Shown one piece after another: positions 53,194-64,000 of a stretch of 64,000 bases of DNA. Numbering within the stretch: the stretch's first letter is position 1; each line of letters begins with the position of its first letter. This stretch comes from Octopus vulgaris (lineage: Eukaryota). The notes under the pieces were generated by a model, which ran no database searches, was not told the origin of the DNA, and worked only from the letters and a program-made list of their open reading frames with translations. The stretch spans positions 60,140,001-60,204,000 of the forward strand of contig OX597814.1 of the NCBI GenBank assembly GCA_951406725.2. Direction: 5' to 3'. The position numbers and the translations under genes are program-made.

Positions 53194-53268
53194 GGGCATA
53201 TAACCTAATTGTTAAGAGAGCGAGTTACTAATCCCAAGATTCGGAGTTCAATTCCAGGCAGTGCCTTG
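53194..53268 (+). pseudogene. tRNA-like pseudogene or SINE head followed by a (TAA)n tract
   Basis: A-box-like TAACCTAATTGTTAAG, anticodon-like loop TTACTAA, B box GAGTTCAATTCC, acceptor-like pairing GGGCAT/GTGCCT; stems imperfect. Confidence 0.6.
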
Positions 53269-53272
53269 AATA

Positions 53273-53328
<56 letters not shown>

Positions 53329-53342
53329 TGATGATAATAATA

Positions 53343-55328
<1,986 letters not shown>

Positions 55329-55331
55329 TAT

Positions 55332-55390
55332 TGGGCTTCGTATATTTTACCCCAGTGTCACTTTGATGGCATGCACTGCTCTCTCACTCA
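55332..55390 (+). mobile_element. 3' terminal fragment of the 16616-17171 element
   Basis: Nearly identical to 17114-17171; TAA tracts on both sides. Confidence 0.85.
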
Positions 55391-55462
55391 ATAATAATAA
55401 TAATAATAATATTAATAATAATAATAGTAATAATAATAATAATAATAATAGTAATAATAATA

Positions 55463-55835
55463 GGCGCAGGAGTGGCTGTGTGGTAAGTAGCTTGCTAACC
55501 AACCGCACGGTTGCGGGTTCAGTCCCACTGCGTGGCATCTTGGGCAAGTGTCTTCAGCTATAGCCCCGGGCCGACCAATGCCTTGTGAGTGGATTTGGTA
55601 GACGGAAACTGAAAGAAGCCTGTCGTATATATGTATATATATGTATATGTGTGTGTGTTTGTGTGTCTGTGTTTGTCCCCCTAGCATTGCTTGACAACCG
55701 ATGCTGGTGTGTTTAGGTCCCCGTCACTTAGCGGTTCGGCAAAAAGAGACCGATAGAATAAGTACTAAAAGGTGGTGCTCCAGCATGGCCGCAGTCAAAT
55801 GACTGAAACAAGTAAAAGAGTAAAAGAGTAAAAGA

Positions 55836-55837
<2 letters not shown>
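55463..55837 (+). mobile_element. tRNA-derived SINE family C, full length, young
   Basis: A box TGGCTGTGTGG, B box GGTTCAGTCCC, TTGGGCAAGTGTCTT core, internal TA/TG tract, (TAAAAGAG)n-like tail. Confidence 0.92.
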
Positions 55838-55898
<61 letters not shown>

Positions 55899-56416
55899 GC
55901 AATAATAATAATAACAACAACAACAATAATTATAATAATAATAATAATAATGTAAATAATGTGAATAATGGTTACTATTCTGTTCTATTAAGAGAAGAGG
56001 ATTTGATCTGCTCACTCCAATCTGTTATCTATCTTCGTAGTCTACTGTTCCAGCGAGCTGTTATTTTCTGATTTGTTCTAGAGAAGAATTTCTCTCTCTC
56101 CATCTCACTCACTCTCTCTATATCTACCTCTCTCTTTCCCTTTATTTCTCTCTTTCCATCTCTCTCCCGTTTCTCTCTCTCTGTCTTTCTCTTCTACTCT
56201 CTATCTCTCTTGCTCGCTCTCACACACACGCACAGTCGCATAGATGCACACACATACATGCATAAATACATATATTCATACAGACATGTATAATTACATG
56301 CATTCACACAAACACATACGTACGTACATACATACATGCTTGCATTTATACCTACATACATGCATGCATACATACATACATACATACATACATACATACA
56401 TACATACATACATACA

Positions 56417-56448
<32 letters not shown>

Positions 56449-56988
56449 GGCATACATACATATACCCGTGCGTACGTGCAAACTTTCTACTGTCTAATAA
56501 GTACAACAGACAAGTCAGAAAATCGGATTTCAATGTTTCACAGTGAGTGAACAGTATTTGCTAAAGACGAGATTCAAACTTAAGCAAACCAGAATGAAAT
56601 ATTTATATCTTACTTGTTTCGATACAGTGACCCATATTTATTAACAAATATATTAAGAAAATATGGTGCGGGAGAAAAGCTTTCGGTTATATCAACTTCC
56701 ATAAATTCAATCAACATTGGCGGGATGTAATGCAAGTTGTCGCCAAGTGTTGCATATGAAATCGGAACGTAAACAGACACAAATAAATATGTATGTTTCT
56801 ATGTGCGTGGGCGCAAGCATGTGTATGTGAGAGAAGGAATGAAGAAAGTGAACATCGATTCGTAAATAATTTTATTACGCCATCTAATACATGTTTCAGA
56901 GAAAACAATTGACGAATTATGCGATCTGGGCCACTTAGGTTTTCTAGGTCCTCACTTCTTCGGAGATTAATACATGCGATTAAATTTA

Positions 56989-57080
<92 letters not shown>

Positions 57081-57246
57081 ATAAATTCATTTCTAACTTA
57101 ATCGAGCACGCATAATATTCAGTATGTAACCAGGTTTGAAGCAGAATGGTGCCGAAACAATTGCAAAAGAATATCAAAACTTATGGCACATCGATATGTA
57201 CATCATCATTGCCTTATATATATGTGTGTGTGATTTGTGTGTGTGT

Positions 57247-57283
<37 letters not shown>

Positions 57284-58923
57284 TGTGTGTGTGTGTGTAC
57301 GTGCGTGTATGTAGACAGTCAGTGAGAGACAATTTTCTCAGCTTATTCTCACTTTGTCACTGACGTGCAACCTTCAGCATTCTTACCAAATTTTATTATA
57401 CATTTGTGGTTTTATAACAGAAAAGTTTGGTAATTATTTAATTAAGTGAAATACTCTGTAAAAGACAGCTAATAAATTGTCGAACTATTGTGTACGTAGA
57501 ACTGTAGAGCGAAACGTTCTCGTAAGCATAAAACAATGCATGTAGAATATTTAAATAAATAGCATTTGAATCTGTATGTGAAGTGGACACAATATTTTTT
57601 CCTAATGCCAAACTTTGTATGCGAAAATACATAATTCAGAGAAGAAATACAGTTGTTAAGTGAATACTAGCATATTTTATGCCCGGTGTTATATAGCATT
57701 GCAGTTTCAATAAAATCTAAGAATGAATAAAATATAAGCTTGATATCATCTAGTAAAACAGTATAGAATTTATTCAATTAAAGTATAGCAAAGGGCACGC
57801 TGGTTAGTAGAATCCCAATCAATATAATGAAGCGCATCAATAATTGACGTTTTCAAAAATTTTATTCTAAAATTATGGAAAATATCAATCGACATATTAT
57901 AATTTATTGTGATCAGAGCAAATTATTGAAATCTTTAATTACATGTTTTAACGAGACAAGGCGGATATTGAAATTTCCTGTCATTGCGACAGTCGAATTC
58001 TAATGTCTTTAAGCAGAGTTTTAGCAGGCCGAGATAATAAAACGCTTGTCTCTCAGCCGAATTGTCGACAGTTAGCATCCTATAATCAGCTATCCGTGGT
58101 GTCCGTGTCAAAGATAAATAGATAGCATGGAAATTTTACTGCAGTAGATGAGGCAGCACCAAAATTAATGAATATGTCATTAAGTACACAAGTAACTTTG
58201 CAGTTGAGATTAAAGACTGAGTCAACGAGGAATCCTCCATGCGGTCGCTCGAACTGGTAGAAATAGCAACCAAAACTTACTGAAATAAGAAGCTAAAGAT
58301 TTAAAAAATGGAAAGGCACCAGACAATATGGTCAATTGTCTTAAGAAACAGACTAAGGCAGAATGATTCCTCACACCACACTCTACAATATGCAGGCAGC
58401 TGCAAACTCAGAGGAAGTTCTATGCATAAATTGCATTATTTGTTAGTTTTTCTGAAACTAACCTACATGATTAGATGTACTTACTGCTTCAAAGTTTTAC
58501 AAAGACATATAGACTGTGTTAACGTGTGGTAAGGGATTAAGTCACAGGCGTAGTGCACATATGTTAAAAACTTACCATTCTCTGTCACATTGGTCTGTTG
58601 CATCAGCTTATCCATTGAACCGATTGTTATTCTCATAACTAAAATACTCTAGTTGTACTATTAAAGCAAGTATCTATGACTTTCCACAAAAGGAAAGGCC
58701 TGCGCTATATATTAAAGCCAGTGCATACAATCGTATGTGTATGGATACATGTATATGAATAAGAATGAGTGTTTTGCACGCAGAAAACATTAATTATTAT
58801 CTGAATAAGGAAGTAATTACAAGTGTAGTTAGTCCCTTATTTGTAATTAATTTATTGATACCGCCAAGAAATTTACGCGCAGACAAAATTCGTACCAGTA
58901 TACATATATACATAAATGCACGC

Positions 58924-59087
58924 ATACATACATACATACATACATACATACATACATGCATACATACATACATATGTACATACATACGTACATACGTACA
59001 TACATACATACATACATACATACATACATACATACATACATACATACATACATACATACATACATACATACATACATACATACATAC
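58924..59087. repeat. (CATA)n microsatellite
   Basis: Directly visible; similar arrays at about 56320-56460 and 63165-63325. Confidence 0.95.
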
Positions 59088-59279
59088 AACATGGCGTCGA
59101 ACATAGAGACATTGGTATAGAGGTCTATTCATTAATACTATTCCCTTGCCATTAATGCAAGCCTGGTAAGTTTTTTTTCAGTAAATGCAAAGAAGCAACC
59201 TTTTTTAAAGAAAATAGATTGTAGCTGTAATCAAACTGTGAAATACAAACCACGTGGGAAAATTACTATATATGCAGAA

Positions 59280-59800
59280 TGGCGACGAATGTACCCAGAA
59301 TCAGCCATCGCAAATCGCGGAACTACCGAGCAAAATTCCAGTGAGCCTTCGAACTGAACCAAGACCTATACCAGTTCTACAGGTATGCTAGGAAAGATCC
59401 CTCGATAGACAACACAAAGAGATAAAGAATATCAGGATAAGAAATATCCAACAGTCTTCAATTTTTTCAGAGAAACAATTACGCCAGCAAGCTACATTTG
59501 TTGAAAAGAAATATGCCACCCTACCAAACAAAATCATTCTGCCAAAATGCGCAAATGGTAATATTAGTATTAATGTCACAATAAACGTTTGTGTGAAGAG
59601 ACTGTGGACGGCAAGAAACACGGCCAAGACAAACATAATTACAAACCGCCATCACTACATGGACAAGTTGTAGCAAGTGAGGAATATACAATACGAAAAT
59701 CGCAGCTTGCATCGAAATTCAAGTAAAACCTCACCAACCTGATATTATTTGTGATCGACGAAATTGCTAGAGAACAAGTAGCTCAAATCCAAACTCCCAC
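59280..59800 (+). mobile_element. Probable N-terminal region of the RLE LINE that continues at 60840
   Basis: ELNQDLYQFYRYARKDPS..KKYP..EKQLRQQATFVEKK resembles the N-terminal domains at 18.9 kb and 37.3 kb. Confidence 0.5.
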
Positions 59801-60839
59801 TTTGGCACAATAATTGTCCTGCTATATTGTGGCGCAGTAACTGTGCACCAACAGATTTCCCCGTCTAAATGAGATAACTAAGACTAAGTTGTTTCGCTTG
59901 CAGCTGTTGAATGGCCATTGACTCTACTGATTTCATCTTTTCACAGGTTTTGTTTTTCAGCCAGCAAGGTGTCCAACGAAAGCCACCTTCCTTGCCAAGC
60001 AGGCTTGGTAGGGTTGCTGGTTTAGTTACTGACATCTTGATGACATGGCAAGTCGTACTGGGGTAAATGTTACCAGTAGCTTTTAAGAGTCAACTGGCTT
60101 ATCTACTTCCTCCTATCCCTCCCTCCCTACCTACCTACCTACATACATATATACATAGTGACTGCCCCCTCGTTATCGAGTACGGCCATTGCACGAAGCT
60201 TAACTGTTATCGGTGCTGTGATCGAATGTGACTTTTTAGATCACCTAAAGATCTACAATGTCATGTACAGAATTGGCAGCTAAAACCTTTACCAGCAATA
60301 GTCGGCTGTAGTTGTAACTGGGCTTCATGTACCTTTGCATGTCGTTTAAGTCCTCCTGCCGAATTACACTCTCTTCCACATGTTGACAGATATGATTAGA
60401 ATTGTGTGTAACACCACCACTAGTGGCCAGGTTGTCACACACATACATACATCCATACATGGAAATACACAAATTATGGCTGCTGAGGATACTCTTCAAA
60501 TTAGTCTATAACAAAGCCAAGTCAAAATATTCGAGTTACTCTATGACTAAGTGAGCATGCAGGAATACATCAATGAATGAATGACCAAGTATGAGTGAGT
60601 GGATGAAGAGTAAAACATCTGTAAGAATACATATGAGTGAATATCCATACATACATACATGCATATATAATTGCCTGAAAACTACAGGCTCAATACTTGC
60701 CTAAACTTTATGTACATACTGTATACAAGCTGCCTCAATTAATTCCTCTAAGATCATTGTGAATCCAACAATATAGTGACTGATGAGCAGGCCGGTAGAA
60801 AGCAGGGAGTGTGGGGATCTGCCGAAAAACTTCTGATAA

Positions 60840-63050
60840 ACAAAGCTGAAGTGTCTCCATTTGGAAAATTGTGCCTGCTATCTTAACTGCTGCCATTGGG
60901 AAGCTTCCAAAGACCTGAGGCACAATCCTCACACTTAGAAAAGAGAGTGGAACTATCACCTCCAAATGAATATTTCCAAGTGAATAGTCCAGGGAGATAA
61001 TCTTTCTGTACTTCTGTTCATTTTGGAATTAAGCTCATTATCATTCCTGATACAAAAAACAAACAGCTATATGCTAGGGTCTGCAACTGCAATATATATT
61101 AATGTAACCCATAATTTCATGGTGGATGACCTCAAGATCTATGCTAAAAGTGTTAACAACACCAAAAAGCAACTGGAATTAATAACATTTTCAGCTGACA
61201 TAGGAAAGGAATTTTGCCAAAAGAAATGTTCTAATTTAATTGTTGGACGAGGAAAATCGTGCATCAATGATTTTACTATCTCTCCTGTCCCATACAAAGA
61301 ATGCTACATGCACCTTGGCATTGATGAAAATATATCATACCAAGGTACCGTGAATGAAGATAGAGTGACCTAAGAACACTACATCAGACTAAGGAAAATA
61401 TGGCAGTCTGAACTCTCCTCTTACAAGACAATATCCCACAATGCATTAGTAATACCAGTGCTGATTCCAGCATTTGGGATACTTGACTGCTTTGTAGATG
61501 AAATCCACTCCACTTACATTAAAACCCGAAAGATTCTAACATCAACTGGAAATCTCCACGAAAATAGAGATATCGACAGGCTCTTCTTAAGAAGAAATAA
61601 GGGGGTAGACGCTTGCGATCAGTACGCAGATAGCCTTTGAATGTCGCATAGTCTCTTTCAGACAGCACTTGCTAAACGACAGCAGCAAAAATAAATACAT
61701 TAACTTAATGCTGAAAAGTGAAGAAAACAAAATCCTACGTGTTGAAAGTGAGCTCCTCGGGAAGAACTCTCTTCCTGATGACCTCCCATACAACCCCAAA
61801 TCAGCTGGACTTGTATACCTGAAAGAAGACCAAAAGAAAAAAGAGCATGTGTGGGTTCGTTTCAGGAGATTGTTACTAAGTACTTAATCAACAAAAGAGA
61901 CAATGAAGTCATTGGACTTCCAAGATGCAACCGTAACTGTAAATTATGTCATATTTCTGTGGAAGACATCACACATTTGATTAGCAGCTTCCCCAAAATG
62001 TAATCAAGGTACTACCTTCCTATGCGACATGATGCTGTCGTAAGAACAATATATATTGGGTTGTCCGGAAAGTTCACGCCGATTTTTAAAGGAAAGAAAA
62101 AGGTCAATAAATACTTGCCATTGCATTTTTAATCAACCAAATATGAACCATGCACAATGCACAATGCGTCTCCATATTTCCTTTAACTTGAAAATACCCT
62201 CTTCCCAGAAATGAGGTGGTTTCATGGCAAAGAATTCATCAAGGTATCTTTTAACGTCATCCAAGGAATTGAAATTTTTACCAATAAGATTATTCTGCAA
62301 AGATCTGAATAAGTGGAAATCCAAAGCAGCAATATCTGGAGAATATGGAGGGTGGGGTAATACATTCCAGCCAAGCTGCAGCAATTTTTGTCTGATTCCC
62401 AAGGCATCAAATGCCGAAAATGAACTTTCTTATCTTCCATTTTAAAGGGTTACAGAATTAACACAGGTTATAGGAACATAAATCTTCTTCACAAAAAGAT
62501 AGCTTAAACTGTGCTCTAAATGGAGGTGTAGTCAAATTCTATTTTATGGACTCAACCATGTTCTAAAATAAGTCGAAAGGTAAGCTGCTATAAATCGGCA
62601 CGAACTTTCCGGACAACCCAATATAATGCCAACCGGGAGAGAGAATGCCCTGGAATAAATATGGAGAATCCGCTGTTATTAAATACGTACACAAATACCT
62701 ACACAAGCAATACTGGTGGAACATTTCCATCAAAACATTTAAGTGTAAGCATAACAGGCCGAATGTCGTTGTTTGAGATATACAAGGAAAAGTATGTACC
62801 GCCACTGTCAGCTGTCCTGTTGATGTAAATATTTCTTAGAAAATCAAAGAGAAAGAAGATCACTATGGGCAACTGCTTCGAAACTTTCAGCGCCTGTATC
62901 CGGATTACAAATTTACTTTTATACCAGTAATAATTGAAGCAGTTGGTTTTTTAAGTTAATGCCTTGCAGCTTAGATTTTCAGAGTAAGAAATCATCCGAT
63001 TCGTACGTTATAAGCCGAATAGTAAAACCGTGCAAGACTTTTTTCCGGTT
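60840..63050 (+). mobile_element. Degraded RLE non-LTR retrotransposon (R4-like), interrupted by a mariner
   Basis: QGDNLSVLLFIL, THNFMVDDLKIY, YMHLGIDE, CKLCHISVEDITHLISS, RHDAVVRTIY, KHNRPNVVV, FIPVII. Confidence 0.85.
62056..62621 (-). mobile_element. Internally deleted mariner with near-perfect TIRs and TA target duplication
   Basis: TIRs TTGGGTTGTCCGGAAAGTTC..GCCGATTT; N-terminus MEDKKVHFRHLM joined to LPHPPYSPDIAALDFHLFRSLQN..FWEEGIFKL. Confidence 0.95.
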
Positions 63051-64000
63051 AAAAATGTGCCATTGTTTTTGTTATCTACATTTCAACGATGGAGTTTTGT
63101 ATATCAGTTAGAAACTAGCTCCATTTTTAGAGAACGAATTTCAAAGATTAAATACAGAAGAGATATACATACATACATACATACATACATACATACATAC
63201 ATACATACATACATACATACATACATACATACATACATACATACATACATGCATGCATGCATGCATACATACGTACTTACATACATACATACATACATAC
63301 AAACATACATACATACATACATACATATACATATATGTGTGTGTGCGTGCGTGTATGTGTACATGTGTATGTGTGTGCGTGCATGCGTGTGTGTGTATAT
63401 AGGTACGTATGTATGTAGGTATGTACGCACGTACCTTATGTATGTGTATAGGTAATCAGTGTACGAATGTGTGTGTATGTCCTCTATTGATGTGCACTGA
63501 GAGATTTCGAACGTACGAGCGCCAATGAGTAATTTAAGAAGCAATCATCAGGCAATCAACAACGTACACAATTCATTGGAACCAATCACTAAATTACTAC
63601 ATCAGAAACCTTGTTTAGTGGCGCCTGAAATCGAAGTAATACATAAAATCTTATCACTATGATAAAAGAACGAACAATTTATTCACAGTTTTAATAATGC
63701 TACAATTCATGCACACACACATACACACACTCACGGACACGGACACGCATACATGTGCACACACAGAGACTTACACGTAGAAATACACAATGCATGGCCT
63801 ACAAACATGTATGCATCATGTGCGTGTATATGTATATGCAAGTGTGTGAGCAAAAATATGCGTATATATATATATATACATACATATATATATATTGTGT
63901 GTGTGCGTGTGTGAGTGTGTGTATAAATGTATTTAGTTTGTAATATAAGCATATATATGCATGTATGTATGTATGTATATGTATGTATATATATATATCT

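Noticed and set aside
53194-53268. Functional tRNA gene
   Set aside because: Anticodon and D stems are mismatched and it runs into a TAA tract; treated as a pseudogene or SINE head.
59870-60480. Possible RTE-type 5' UTR fragments (also 7540-7710)
   Set aside because: Only a vague resemblance; no motif or second copy in the window to support a call.

Overview
AT-rich, microsatellite-dense eukaryotic DNA with no recognisable host protein-coding gene. The SINE and repeat content resembles an octopus or other coleoid cephalopod genome (from recall, not verified). The window is a mosaic of transposon relics: (1) many RLE-type non-LTR retrotransposons of the R4/Dong type, mostly stacked in (TAA)n arrays in one orientation; (2) an RTE-type LINE; (3) Penelope-like GIY-YIG fragments; (4) several mariner/Tc1 relics and MITEs; (5) a non-autonomous Helitron with both ends intact; (6) three tRNA-derived SINE families; (7) TA-flanked foldback elements. 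The most notable signal is a set of minimal type I hammerhead-ribozyme motifs in TA-embedded non-coding repeats. The best case is a 363-bp unit in a direct-plus-inverted array (51663-52598) whose core reads UUGAUAA, the compensatory C3U/G8A form of CUGANGA. An unrelated neighbouring repeat has the same U3-A8 type core. Most ORFs in the supplied track are microsatellite artefacts. All coordinates were read by eye and may be off by a few bases.
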